Program-made: the position numbers and the translations under genes
The notes under the pieces: model-generated
Databases searched by the model: none
What the model saw: the letters and a program-made list of their open reading frames with translations, nothing else
What the model was told of the DNA's origin: nothing
Shown here: positions 13,472 through 26,768 of the stretch, one piece after another
Numbering within the stretch: position 1 is the stretch's first letter
Layout: every line of letters starts with the position of its first letter
Origin: Chiloscyllium plagiosum
Lineage: Eukaryota
DNA length: 64,000 nucleotides
Assembly (NCBI RefSeq): GCF_004010195.1
Contig: NC_057718.1
Span: 49,625,239 to 49,689,238, forward strand
Direction: 5' to 3'

Positions 13472-13721
13472 CAGGTAGAAGATCCTTTATCCAAAATGCT
13501 TGAGACAGCTGTTTTTCAGGACTTGGTATTTTTCGGTTTTCAGAATAAGCGACAGTTTAATGGAGAAATTTTTAAAAATCTTACCGTCACATCTGAGTGA
13601 CGTACGGTTAACTGTTTGCTCACCAAACAACCTTGTTAATGAGAAAAAAAGCTTCACAGAAAACCTTCGGATTTCGGAGCTTTTCGGGTTTTGGATGTTC
13701 GGATAAAGGATCTTCTACTGG
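13472..13721. mobile_element. MITE (Tc1/mariner-pogo type)
   Basis: Terminal inverted repeats caggtagaagatcctttatcc / ggataaaggatcttctactg. Confidence 0.8.
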
Positions 13722-14349
13722 TTTGAGTAAGAAGTTTGTACTTTGTAAATGAATAGGAATGAAAGTGTATAAGTATCTGACTGTCTACATTCCAGAGCAT
13801 TGACGGAGGTGGGTATAAGAGATAATCGATGCATCAAAAATCATCTTCTAAAATCCCATAGCTTTTGTAATGGTTCCAGCAGGCTTGAAGCTTGGAATTA
13901 TCACCCGACTGCCTAGTAAAGGAACAAGGGATAAAGAAACAGGGAACTACAGATCCATCAACCACATATCAGTGAAAGTGATAATTTCAGAATCTGTCAT
14001 GAATTGACGTTTGGAAAGAAATGATCTGATCGAGAATTATTGGCATGGATTTCCAAAGTTTGACAAACATTTTGGAGACTTTTGAGAATGTTACTTACAA
14101 AATTCATAAAGGGGTTTGATTGATTTCATTTATTTGGATTTTCAGAAGGCTTTTGACAAGTTCCCCACAGGAGGTCAGTTAGCAAAATTGAAGCACATGA
14201 TATCAGAGGTAATGCACTGGCATGAGTAATGATTGCTTTATGTTTGTTAGTCAGAGTTTAGGAATAAGTGACTCTTTCTCTCATATGGGTAGACTGTGAC
14301 TAGTGGGGTACCACAAGGATCTGTACTTGGACCCCAACTATTCACAATA

Positions 14350-14524
14350 CAGAGGAGCCTCGATTATCTGAAAGTTGATTATCCGAATTTTGGACTATCT
14401 GAAGAAGATTGCAAGGTCCTGATGCTTAGCTAAATTGTGTTATCTGGCATTCGATTATCCGAACATTCGACTATCGAACAAAGATCTTCCCGCCTATATC
14501 ATTTGGATAATCAAGGCTCCTCTG
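14350..14524. mobile_element. MITE (Tc1/mariner-pogo type)
   Basis: TIRs cagaggagcctcgattatc / gataatcaaggctcctctg, TA/TG flanks, internal ttcgattatccga repeats; interrupts CR1 RT after GVPQGSVLGPQLFT. Confidence 0.85.
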
Positions 14525-16289
14525 TGTATACCAATGACTTGGGCATGAGGTAATGTTTCCAAACTTGCAGATGATACAAAGCAAGATTGAAATGTGTGTT
14601 GTGAGGCATATGCAAAATATTTACAGGAGGATTTGGATAGAGTTAGTGACTGAGCAAGCAGAGGCAGATGGAACATAATGTGTAAAAATGTGAGATTATC
14701 CACTTTGGTAGGTAAAACAGGTATGCAGAGTATCTCCTAAATGCTGAGAGGTTGGAAAGTTTAGATGTGTAAAGTGATGGGTGTGTCCTTGTTAATCAAT
14801 GGATGGCTAAATTGCAGGTGCAACAAGCTGTTCAGAAGGCTAATAGAATGTGAGGCATTACTACAAAAGGATTTGAGGACAGGAGTAGTGAAATCTTGCA
14901 TCAACTGTATAAGCACCTATCTAAACTGCACTTGGATGACTATGCACAGTTTTGGTCTCCTTACTTTTGAGGGAGAGGGAGAGCCTTAGAGTGAGAGCAA
15001 AGAAAGTTCACCAGAATGGTTCCCAGGAATGTGGGACTGACCAATGAAAAAAGATTGGGCAAATTGGGCCTGTGTTCTCCAGAGTTTCAAAGAATTTGAG
15101 ATGATCTAATTGAAATACAAAATGCTTACAGTGGCAGACAGGATAGATGTAGGTAAGCTGCTTCCCTGGTTGTAGAGTCTAGAACTGAGGAACATAGTTT
15201 ACAAATAATGGGGAATACCATTTAGCTATGAGATAGCGATAAATGCATTTACTCAGAGGGTGGTGAGTCTTTGGGTTCTCTCCCCAGAGGACTGTGGAAT
15301 CTCAGTCTTTAAGCCACCATGCAACCACCATGTTAACAGTAATGTTATATCTTTAAGATTCCTTGCTTACACTTCTTGTGCTGTAGTGATGCCCTTCTAC
15401 AGTAATGGCAGGACTTCCTAAAGGTCAATAGTCAACTCTATTTTGACAAGAATCACTCAGAAGTCTGGAAAGCAAAACAATTCAGCAAAATTGTTTGGAT
15501 ATTGGGGCAGACCCAAAGAATCAGATAAAACTCTGCCTCAAACAGAAATTTCGTTATTAGATTTTACTCAAATTGTAGTGAGCTGTCTTCTGAAATTTAT
15601 CCTTTCCTGTTGTGCAGGAGCTCTTGCTAAATATAAAGTACAGAATAAATTTGAGTGTTCTTTTTATTCTGGACAGGAATTCAAACTTTCTAATTTCAAC
15701 AAAATTTCTATTGAAGTATTACATTTGCATTATTGAAGATATTATCTTTCTTCTGTCATTTATGTCATTTAATACTGGAGCTTTTGTCATGCACTGGCTT
15801 TGGGGACAGGCAACCTTCCATCGTTAAATTACTCAAATTACATTTCTTTTCACCAGAAGTACTTTCATATCGTTTTACAGATTTCCCTACTGACTGAAAG
15901 ATTGTCTCAACATGCAAATGCTGGTGTTACAAACTTGATATTAGTTCAATTCAGATTTTCAAAGCTTGTTTTTCATTAACCAATGCAATACTACATTTTT
16001 GTCTTTTTCTTCCCCTGTAGCTTTGATAGACTTCTTTCACATGGCTCAGAATCATGAGTGCATTGGGTGGACTTTCAGTTTCCAGGTCAAAACCCCATTG
16101 TTGCACAAATTTCTGATCCCAATACTGCATCTTGTCCAACAGAGATTTATTGCAATTTGATTTAGTACAGATAGTTAACCGGTAAACCACCAGAGTCAGG
16201 TTCATCATCCAATTAGAAGTAGTCGGCAAAAGTAATAAGCAGGACACCAACAGCAATGGACATGATTTAAAAGATGTGTGACTACCATT

Positions 16290-16555
16290 GTTGTGGTTGC
16301 CATTAGATTTGCTGATGGAAGGTGGAGCTGAGCAGAGGATAGTTGGCAGATACTGTCCCCTCATTTCCCTGGCATCTCAATTGATCTATGACTAATCGGG
16401 ATGATATCTCAATCAAATATCACCTTCACTTCCAGTGCACAGAAGGCATGGCTGGATATGGTTCATGAGGTCAGCAGCAAATATGTGATGAGGAGGAATT
16501 ATATCCAGTGCAAAAAATATTTAAATTAGCTTCTTAGGCCTGGTGAAGTGAGTCC
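16290..16555 (+). mobile_element. PIF/Harbinger Myb/SANT-like ORF remnant
   Basis: 16443-16529 translates KAWLDMVHEVSSKYVMRRNYIQCKKYLN*, matching the Myb/SANT-like pattern W..VA..V....R...QC.K. Confidence 0.65.
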
Positions 16556-17234
16556 AAAGATATATCCAGGTGGCCAAAATGCAGAATCCACAGGTAACTT
16601 GTAGGGAATACAGTCCTTCTGAATATAGGAGAGATGTGTTCTCAAAAGCAGTGATGACCCATTAGCACAATTTGTATCTCTAGTGTTATTGGATGATAGC
16701 ATACAGTGATGCCTGCCATATTTTATGTGAACAAATAAACTATGAATAGAGATGGAGATGGAGAAAAGCACCATGTCAATGCTATCTCTCTTCATCCTGA
16801 GGTCAAATTTGAGAACAAAGTCAAGGAAAGTTCAAAGGAGTGTTTGGACAGTTGGGAGCCTCAGCTCATGCTCAGAAATTGTACTAATCTCTTGTTTGCT
16901 CCAAACGGCAAACCACCAGGAGTTTAGAAACAAGGGACTGGGAGTCCAACATGGATTAAAGTGAGATCTTATGCTTGACTGCTTGATATTCGGAAAGGAT
17001 TGTCATGTGTTCTCCTGAACCAGGAGATACCAAAATCTTTTCACCATATGGACTCTTGTTTCTTTGTTTTTATCAATCAGTTGGTTTGCCGCTTTACTTG
17101 GCTTTGTTCCTTAGTCTTCACTATTAATGAAAGTCCCTTTTGATATTTACAATAGTTTGTTACCCCAAACCTTCTGTTTGTGCAATTTAATTCAAAAATG
17201 TACATTTCATTAATGTATTCAAAAGCAAGGGGAC

Positions 17235-17360
17235 ACACTGTAACACACACACAAAACCACACACACACACACACTCAACCACACGCACATGCACTTGCAC
17301 ATACACAGACACATAAACACACGGACACGCGCACATACAAAGAAATACATGAATGCACAT
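17235..17360. repeat. Imperfect (CA)n microsatellite inside a probable LTR-like repeat
   Basis: Visible CA run. Confidence 0.85.
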
Positions 17361-17811
17361 AATAATGAAAAATAAAAAGAAAAGGAAAGGAAGGGGTGGA
17401 CAATTTCAACCTTAAATATATGAGCAATAATTCAGATCAATTAAAATCCAGCAATTCAATGTCCCTTTAAGTTTCTTGCAGTTAGCTGATCTTACAGAAG
17501 CCCTTCTTTGTAGGTGCTTGTATCTAGTTGGAGGTGCAGTAATATGATTCTAGTAGACTAGGAATTAGCTAACTTTTAAGGTGAATAGAAAATTCTTCAT
17601 GGACATCTGGTTTGAAGAGGAGTTAAGACCTGAGGCGGGCTTTGAAATGGAATTGCTTGTTGATTTCAGTTCTATTAAAAGTACACTGGGATAAAGATTC
17701 AGAACTGTTTAATTAAAATGCTTCAGAACAGAAACACTGGCAAAACACTATTCATGGTGTCTTCACAAGATCTTCCAAATTCAGATTAAGAAAGATGACC
17801 CAATTGCAGCC

Positions 17812-17940
17812 CTTCCTGATGAAGGGCTTATGCCCGAAACATCGATTCCCCTGCTCCTCGGATGCTCTCTGACCTGTTGTGTTTTTCCAGCTCCACACTC
17901 TCAACTCTGATCTCCAGCATCTGTAGTCCTCACTTTCTCC
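17812..17940 (+). mobile_element. Penelope pLTR-derived short insert with minimal hammerhead (core 17816-17843)
   Basis: CTGATGA-A-GGGC-TTAT-GCCC-GAAAC-ATC followed by gatgct..tgacctg.tg...ctccagcatctgtagtcc. Confidence 0.8.
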
Positions 17941-19329
17941 ACTTTCTCCTATTTTGTCATCCAATCAGGATTTGAAGCAGGGCTTCCAATCCTCATTAAA
18001 CCAAATATTTTTAAAGTATAATTTTAACTGTGTAGTATTTTCAGAACTGCCTTGTAATAATACCTTCAGTTCATTATTTTGTCACGTTTAATTATATACT
18101 TGTTATACGAAAGGTTGCTACAGGGACAAGAAGTCAGGAGAAACAAAGCATTAAATATGCTTCAAAAGCAGAATGGTGTGAAAAAAGGCAAAATTAAGGG
18201 CTTTCTAACAGAATGCAAGCAGCATTCACAACAATATTAAGGATTTAAAGACACAAGGATGGATATTTGAGTATGAACTAAATGCCATTACAGTAACATG
18301 GCAAACAATTTTTTCGCCATTCACTGGTAGATTTGACTGGACAACAGAAAGAATTATCAGAACCTGCTCTCATCTGCAAATACAGCTCATGATTCAAGGG
18401 TGATCTTAGAATGGGAAGGTAATGGCTGGTTACATTGTAACTTCCTGATCAGCTACTTCCTCCACTTCCCTACTTTGCCTAATGTCCTCAAAAGCCTGGA
18501 TTTGCCTGGAGTCATACTCCATGGGTTTATTGAAAATGAGCTGGGGGATTTGGATCCAGACGTCCTGCTTACATGTCCAATAGGCTCTGCTTTCATTTGG
18601 AGGATTGTCAGATTTGTTGAATGGTTGTAGTACAGGAGCAGGTCCACTAGCTCTTTGAATTCACATCACTTTTCTCAAAGAGCAATTTGAATAGTCCCAC
18701 TTTCGCACCCTTTTCCTGAAATCCAACATGTTATTTTGTTTAAAAATCTCATGGTCCTAATCCAACTTCTTTTTGAAAGGTGCTGTTCAATCTGCCTCCA
18801 CTCCACTCTCTGATTGTACATTCAAGATCATAACTAATTATTATGAACAAGACCAATCAGTCAAATATTCTGGCACAGTAAAATACATTCCCATATTAGC
18901 ACTGGTTCTTTTGCCTTTCACTTACAGTCAGTCACCTATTCTTGATGCCTCTACTGTTAGAACACTTTGTCCTTTTTTGCACTATCCAGATCTTACATAA
19001 TTTTGACATCGCTATCAAATCTCTTCACAACCTTATCTAAAGAAAACAACACAAGATTCTCCAACTCTCCTCATATTGAATGCACTGAAACGCAGACAAT
19101 TTTCTTTAGCAATTGTTGCATCAAAGCCTGAACATCCCACTTAATGCGTGATGCACAGAATAAAACAAAGTACTTCAGTTTTGACTGTATCAATGTTAAC
19201 AAAGATCCTCTACAACGTTCCTCTGTCAGTAACCCAGATCTTGATTCAGAAGATCCTGTACAGATCTTATCCATATTCTCAGGCTACCCTGCCTCCTTCA
19301 ATGATATATGCACATGTACAGCTGACATC

Positions 19330-19961
19330 TGTTATGGACCAGGCCAGATCTCTTCAAAATATTTCAAGAAAGTAACCGAGACCCTAACTTTGCGAGTGGT
19401 TTTAAGCAGGTGTAGAGTGGGTATTCCAGGAGGGATGCAGCTGATCAAACCACTTAGTTTTAAACAAAGCAAAATTTATTTACAAGATAACTTAATGAAA
19501 CACAAAGAACAGAAAACAGAGTACCAAATAACCTAACCTCTCCACTAACCCAACAGACCATCCCAACTTAATGATGCTGTTCCAGATACTTGCAACATTC
19601 CCCATAAACACTCCTTGGCACAAAAGGTAAAATCAAACACAGGTTCTTACAGGAGAGAAGTCAGAGAGAGAGAGAGAACCAGCCTGGACTTGCTTCTGGG
19701 TCCAGTAGTTTTTCCACACTACTGCTAAAACAAAATCCAGAAAAAAACCTGAGATAGGAGAACTGGCCATTCTGCTTTCATGATACAAGTGTTTCTTTTT
19801 AAACTCAAATGTTTTCTGCCTGAAGCAGTATCAGTTAGCTATAAATAAATTGACCCTAAAACCCTGCAACCCCCAGACTTTTCACAGCCTGTGTCGTTTA
19901 TGACCTCTCTGAAAAAAAGCCAAGGACAGCATAACCTTGTTAAAGGAGCAACTTGGTCACA
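19330..19961 (-). mobile_element. Solo LTR
   Basis: tgttatgg...ggtcaca ends, flanks catc/cacc; homologous in reverse to 12262-12788. Confidence 0.8.
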
Positions 19962-20114
19962 CACCTTTGCCATAGAACATGTCGACCTCCCTTAGAATAT
20001 CAGGTATATTCCTCTGATTCCTCCCAATAGGATTTCTGAAACTATTCAAAGAATGTTCTTTTTCTATGTTGTGACTTTTAGCAAAGTTCTCCATGGACAA
20101 CCGCATGAGTTCCA

Positions 20115-20250
20115 GATCTGAAGAAGAGTCATACCAGACTTGAAACTCTAACATTATCTCTGTCCAAAGATACTGTCAGATCTGCTGATTTTCTGCAGCG
20201 TTGTCTGTATTTGTTGCAGATTTTCAGTATCTGTAGTATTTTGCTTTTAA
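20115..20250 (+). mobile_element. Penelope pLTR-derived short insert with hammerhead-like core
   Basis: CTGAAGA-A-GAGTC-ATACCA-GACTT-GAAAC at 20118 plus the family tail. Confidence 0.7.
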
Positions 20251-21349
20251 TTGCTCTTGCCCAATATTACGTTCAGTTTGTAGCTGATTGTCAATTTTAT
20301 TGATTCTCCCCTTCACTTCAGTGGCCTGCATGTCGGCATTATGCAGTAAGTGTCAAATCTATTCCAATTAACTTTACAATGATATGCTAAGCTGTTAGGT
20401 TATTATTTCACAAAGAATGTTAGTAGTGCTTGCTTAACACATTAGTAGCACATTATGATGCAACCTCTGGGCTATGTTGGACAGACAAGAGTTACGAAAC
20501 TAACTGCTGCATTATTTCAATACAGCTCTTTGACATAACTCCTTGTTAGATCACCATCAGGCCTGATCAGAATTCTGATGTAACTGATGTTCCTCCATTT
20601 GATAGAAATGTCCATGATCATTAAATTTGATTTCATGCAGAAATGTCCAGATGGTCCAATAAACGTTATTATAAACTGTGTAGAATATTTATTCCTCTGC
20701 ATCCACAAAGTGTTCTTTTATTTGTTTTGAACATTTTAATCAACTCATTTTAACTTTTATTATTTCTGCTGTGTTACACCAAACAAAACCCAGTCAAAGT
20801 CTTGAAGGTTACATTCTTTATGAGTAAAGTTAATGAATCAAAGCAGCATTCAGCTGATTATCCTCAGTAATTCATAGCTCTGATAGTTTAGAGTGATGTT
20901 ATTTATGGACCTTTAGCTGTAAACGTATTTGAAAGCATATGCAGTTCAATCTGGTGTGCTTGTCAGAAAAGTAGTCAGAAGTATTCTCAGCCAAGATAAC
21001 AGTGAGTGTGTAAGTGATGGAAGCACCCTTCTTACTGCAATAAATAAAGCTCGTAAATCAAATGAAAGGCATGAGGCAGATAGCTTTTTCAGTAGAGGTG
21101 CACATGTGAAAATACCTTCAGTGGAAAAGTGCACAAAATTCATTAGATTCATTCATCTTTATATGAAGCAACTGTTGAAAAAACAGTGCGAGAAACAAGA
21201 ATCTTTTATGCTAAGCAAGACTGTGTCATGTCCAAAGTGTTTTTGGACATATTTCATGTGAAGTTGGATATTGGTAATAGTGAGAAAACAAAAACATTTT
21301 TTCCATCTTGTCTGAAAAAAGCCAGAACTAGATAAACCTTATCTATCAA

Positions 21350-21845
21350 AAGACAAAAAGAAAGATGTGCTGGCATTGGAGGCAATCCCAAGAAGGTTCA
21401 TTAAGTTGATCCCACATATGGAGGATCTGTAAGTGAGGAGAGGTTAGGCAGTTTAGGCCTTTGTGCATTTAGAAGAATGTGGGGTGATCTTTCTGAAACA
21501 TGTAAGATTTTTAGGAGACTTGATAGGAGAGATGCAAAAAGATTCTTTCCCCTTGTGGGGATCACAGAGCATGATCTCAGAGTAAGGGGTCATCCATTAA
21601 AGAGGAGGAATTTCTTCTCCCAGAAGATAGTGAATCTGTGGAATTTGTTACCATGGATTGCTTGTAAAGTATTTTCAGGCTGAGACAGACTGAGAGATTT
21701 TTAATCGGTAAGAGAATTAATAGATATGGAGAAAAGGTCAGCAAGTGGATTTCAATATTATCAATGATCTCATTGTATAGCAGACATGACTCAATGGGCT
21801 GAATGGCCTTTTTCAGCTTCTATGTTTTATAGTTTTATGGTCTTG
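21350..21845 (+). mobile_element. CR1 3' fragment
   Basis: ORF 21477 GDLSETCKIFRRLDR...RRNFFSQKIVNLWNLLP. Confidence 0.85.
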
Positions 21846-22979
21846 TGGGATTGCCCTGTAACTTTTGATGTCCTAGCTAATTCCTTAAATTCTGACTGCA
21901 GAACCACATTTGCCTTTCTACCAATATGTTCCAACATGGACCACAGCCTGAAGAATTTACTACAGGCTTCCTGTGACATCGTCGACCTTGGTTCCAGGGA
22001 GACATGTACCATCAGGAGATGTGACTATGACCACAGAAATGCCTGCCTATTCTGCTAATCAGTGAATCTCCAATCACTACTGTTTTTTGACTCTTCTTCC
22101 TTCCCTCCAGTATAGCTGGCCAAAGAACAATGTCAAACACCTTGGAAGGTACTGACGGGGTAATATCATAAGGATGACACACTAGTTCATGGAGCTTGAA
22201 AAGCTCAATTATCTTTATCAATCTTCCAAGAGACCAAGAGTTGAAAAGCTTCATGTAAGCTGAGTTTGAAGAGAAAAAGTGCCATCATGAGAAAACAGTA
22301 AGTTCAGTAATTTCTAATCTTTAGCTCATCGTTAATAGTATAAAAAATACGATTACATTATGGCAGGGCAGCTTGTCCATAAGGAATACATGTCCAGTAG
22401 CTTTTAAGGAGTTGGAAATATTTTATGTGAACACATGCAGGAAGTGTCGTAAGCTGCAGAATCCTGAACTGTAGGATTTGGATATCAGGCAGCAGTTGAA
22501 GTCACCGTGGTGCATCTGAGAGTTACTTGGTTAACGCACTCAGATGGGTGGTTCATTTCCTCCTGTGTAATTGGTCTACCAGCGGTGTCATGGGCTGCTC
22601 TTCTCTGAGCAACTGTCACCCTCACCAGTGTCCAGAATGGATATCTGATACTCCAGCAGGACCTCAGGGATTATTGCATTACTCGCTGAGAACTCTTGAA
22701 CTGCTGGCAGTCGTCCATTACCTATCAGCCTGCATTGCACTAATCTGTGGTGTGACCACCTTTTAACACCATATGCCTCAAATGTGATGGAGTCTATGGA
22801 ATGTGCGCCAGACTCATTATCTATATTTAAATGCTCTGTATTGAAGAAGAAGCAACTCATCCTCTAGACTGGCTAAGGACAAATATTGTACCATTACTAA
22901 CAAATTTAGCTATCACTCGTGTTTTTATCATTTATTCTCCTCTAACATGTGTTACAGTTCTGACAGGTAGACTGCCCAG

Positions 22980-24570
22980 ATTGTGGTACACAAAGAGGAG
23001 GTTTTAGCAATTCTGGAAAGTGTAAAAATAGATAAGTCCCCTGAGCCAGATGGGAATTATTTTCAGATTCTCTGGGAAGCCAGGGAGGAGATTGCTGAGC
23101 CTTTGGCTTTGATCTTTATGTCATCATTGTCTACTGGAATAGTACCAGAAGACTGGAGGACAGCAAATGTTGTTCCCTTATTTAAGAAGGGCAGTAGAGA
23201 CAACCCTGGTAATTATAGACCTGTGAGTTTCACTTCGGTTGTGGATAAAGTGTTGGAAAAGGTTATAAGAGATAGGATTTATAAACATCTTGAGAGGAAT
23301 AAGTTGATTGGGGATAGTCAACATGGTTTTGTGAATGGTAGGTCATGCCTCACAAAACTTATTGAGTTCTTTGAGAAGGTAACCAAACAGGTGGATGAGG
23401 GTAAAATGTTTGGTGTGATGTATAGGGATTTCAGTAAGGGGTTTGATAAGGTTCCCCATGATAGGCTATTGCATAAAATATGGAAGCATGGGATTGAAGG
23501 TGATTTAGCGGTTTGGATCAGAAGACAGAGGGTGGTGGCTGATGGGAAATATTAATCCTGGAGTTCAGTTACTAGTGGGGTACCACAAGGATCTGTTTTG
23601 GGTCCACTGTTCTTTGTCATTTTCATAAATCACCTGGATGGGGGCATAGAAGTTTGGGTTAGTAAATTTGGGAATGACATGAAGGTCGATGGAGTTGTGG
23701 ATAATGATGAAGGATATTGTAGATTACAGAGAGACATAGGTAAGCTGCAGAACTGGGCTGAGAGGTGGCAAATGGAATTTAATGTGGAAAAGTGTGAGTT
23801 GACTCACTTTGGATGGAGTAACAAGAATGCAGAGTATAGGGTTAATGGTAAGATTCTTAGTGGTGTAAATGAGCAGAGAAATCTCAGTGTCCAGGTATAT
23901 TGATCCTTGAAAGTTGCTACTTAGGCTGACAGGATTGTTAAGAAGGCATATGGTGTGTTAGCTTTTATTGGTAAGCTCTGGTCAGAGGAATTGAGTTTTG
24001 GAGCCATCAGGTCATGCTGCAGATGTACAAAACTCTGGTGAGGCTACATTTTGAGTATTGCATACAGTTCTGATCACCGCATTATAGGAAGGGTGTGAAA
24101 GTTTTGGAAAGGTTCAGAGGAGATTTACTAGGATGTTGCCTGGTATGGATGAAAGATCTTATGAGGAAAGGCTGAGGGACTTGAGGCTGTTTTTGTTAGA
24201 GAGAAGGTTGAGAGGTGACTTAATTGAGACATATAAGATAATCAGAGGGTTAGATGGGTTGGACAGCGAGAGCCTTTTTCCTCAGATGGTGATGGCTAGC
24301 ACGAGGGGACATAGCTTTAAATTGAGGGGTGTTAGATTTAGGACAGAGGTCAGAGGTAGCTTCTTTACTCAGAGAATAGTAGGAGTCTGGAATGCACTGC
24401 TTGCAACAGTAGTAGATTCGCCAACTTAAAGGGCATTTAAATAGGCATTGGATAGGCATATGGCTGACAATGGAATAGTGTAGGTTAGATGGGGTTCAGA
24501 TTGGTTCTACAGGTTGGCACAACATCGAGGACCGAAGGACCTCTTCTGTGCTGTAATGTTCTATGTTCTA
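22980..24570 (+). mobile_element. CR1 (HER1-like) LINE, 5'-truncated, RT region plus (TGTTCTA)n tail
   Basis: ORFs 22983-23555, 23598-23903 and 24133-24429 (KSPEPDG, NYRPVS, QHGF..GRSCLT, DFSKGFDKVPH). Confidence 0.95.
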
Positions 24571-25814
24571 AATCCAGCCTCACTACTCCATGAGCTATAC
24601 CAAGCATACCAAAAATGTAAAAGTGTTATTCAATCAACAAAACTAGTCGATTTGATTCTCCTTGTTACCGTTACATTGAACTAAAAAGACTTTCACTAGG
24701 CTTTCCATTGCAAAAAAAAACACACTTATTAGAAACAAATTTGCTGTTCAAACAAGAGACAAACTGGCTATCAATAAAGCTACTGTCCAAATTAAACTAT
24801 ACTGTCCTAAATCTCAAATGCACACACATACATACACAGACAGGACAATGTGACACACGGTGCTACTAAAGAAATTATGGGTGGGGAATAAAATTAGATA
24901 AAAATGCAAAAATATCAACATTACTCCTGTAAGTCAATTCAGATCACAAAAATGTGTTGACTTCTCATAGTTCCTTTCAATTCTTGTTGATAAGATCTGA
25001 TTGTTAACAATGACCAAATAATGAAAAATATTCAGACAAGTTTCAGATTCACCTAAGAAACAATTAGGAATCCTGAAATTTAAAACTTTATCAGACAATT
25101 TTTCAAAATTCTTCATGACAACGAGACAGACAGTGCTGTTTTCAGCTCCAAGCTGGAACAATTACTAGGAGAGAATCAGTACTCTCTCCTTGCAAACTTC
25201 TTCAGCAACATGCCACAGTTTCTATGTGTGCTGAAAAATAAAATGCAGATTACCTCAATTCAGAGGCTGTTACTTGGTGACATCAATATTATTCCATTCA
25301 GGTTGTCTAAGTCTATTCCTTTAACAGTAAAAGCAAAAGAAAATAGTCCCTCTAAACATTTTGTTGCACATTGCTTTCAAAAGGGGCTTGTTTTTATTTT
25401 GGATCTAGCAAATGGATCATAGTCTTTATTATTTTTTGATTTTTCAGTCCTAACAAAAATCTTTTGCAATACAGTAATAACCAAGATGTTCATATTCCAA
25501 CACTCATGACCCATAAATATGCATGTTCCCAACATGCCTCCACCCTTGGGAGATGAAATGCAATTTTAAAAATGCATATCTTAACATTAATGTAACGTGG
25601 TACATATACAACAAAACACAAAAAGAAAATAATGCATTCTCATTCATTCTTTCATAACATTTGCACAATTTCTTGTTTCTCCAAAGTCAATTCTTTTTTT
25701 CTAACTTGCAAACAGACTGTAGTTTCTTTAAACCTTATGACATTTAAGTTCAGACAATCACATGGTAAATCCTTTGTAAATCCAGCAATGTCCAAGCTTG
25801 CAATAAAGAAATAA

Positions 25815-26665
25815 GAAAATATGAAATTGATAAATGGATTGCGCTATTGAATGGCCCAATATTTGACAAATGTGAGTTTAACATGGATAAGTATGAGGTT
25901 TTCTATTTTGGTCAAAAGAATAGAAAGACGACCTATAATCTAAATAGGGTGAGTGCAGAGGAATATGGATTATCAATGTGCATGAAATGCATAGAACTCA
26001 CATGCAGCAGGTAATAAGGAAGGCAAATGGTATTTTGGCAGTTATTGCTAAAGGAATAGATTATAAAAGTAGGGATGTGTTGCTGGAACTGTACAAAACA
26101 TTACTGAGACTGCACCTAGAGCATACAATTTTGGTTCCCCTCATTTGAGGAGGATGTAATTGTTTTGGAGGCAGTTCATAGGAGATTCACTAGTTTGATT
26201 CATGAGATGAAGGTTTGTCACACAAAGAGAAATTGAGCAGTTCAGACCTATACTCTCTGGAGTTTAGAAGAATGGGAGGAGATCTAATTAAGATATATAA
26301 GTCGCTGAAATGGATTGACAAAGGAGACCTAGAAAGGATGCTTCCTCGTGTGGGACTTCCTAGAATGAGAGGTCATAGTTTTAGGATAAGGTGTAGCAGA
26401 TTTACAACAGAGATGAGGAGAAATTGCTTCTTTCAAAGGATCATGAATCTGAGGAATTCATTACTCCTGATTGTGATGGCTTGTGGGATATTGAATAAAA
26501 TTAAGAAGAAAAAGATGCAGATTTTTAGTTAGTGATGGGTTGAAAGGTTATGGAGAACATGCACAAAAGAAGTTGAGGTGATGTTAACCATGATCATATC
26601 AAATGGCAGAGCAGCCTTGAGGAGCTGAAATGCCTACTCCTGCTCTTAGTTTTTATGGTGTTATG
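25815..26665 (+). mobile_element. CR1 3' fragment
   Basis: ORF 26215 LYSLEFRRMGGDLIKIYK...RRNCFFQRIMNLRNSL. Confidence 0.85.
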
Positions 26666-26686
26666 CCTATATTCCCATTCCCATTA

Positions 26687-26768
26687 GGGCTTATGCCTGA
26701 AACGTTGATTCTCCGGCTCCTCGGATGCTACCTGACCTGCTGTGTTTTTCCAGCACCCCACTCTCCAC
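26687..26768 (+). mobile_element. Penelope pLTR-derived insert truncated within the hammerhead
   Basis: agggcttatgcctgaaacgttgattctcc..ctcctcggatgct. Confidence 0.65.

Larger units (their letters stand above)
8130..15310 (+). mobile_element. Old near-full-length CR1 LINE interrupted by at least 7 nested insertions
   Basis: ORF1 zinc-finger remnant ~8880-9030; esterase remnant (HVGT..I, DGLHL) ~10880-11320; APE ~11480-12050; RT ~13750-14700 (DFQKAFDK.P, SGVPQGSVLGP, KLADDTK); 3' region to ~15310. Confidence 0.75.

Noticed and set aside
15598..15830. Good acceptor (cctttcctgttgtgcag) followed by open frames
   Set aside because: AT-rich, no recognisable protein and no convincing donor.
18400..18650. 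Protein-like ORF (LPGVILHGFIENELGDLDPD)
   Set aside because: No recognisable family or splice boundaries; a BLASTX search would settle it.
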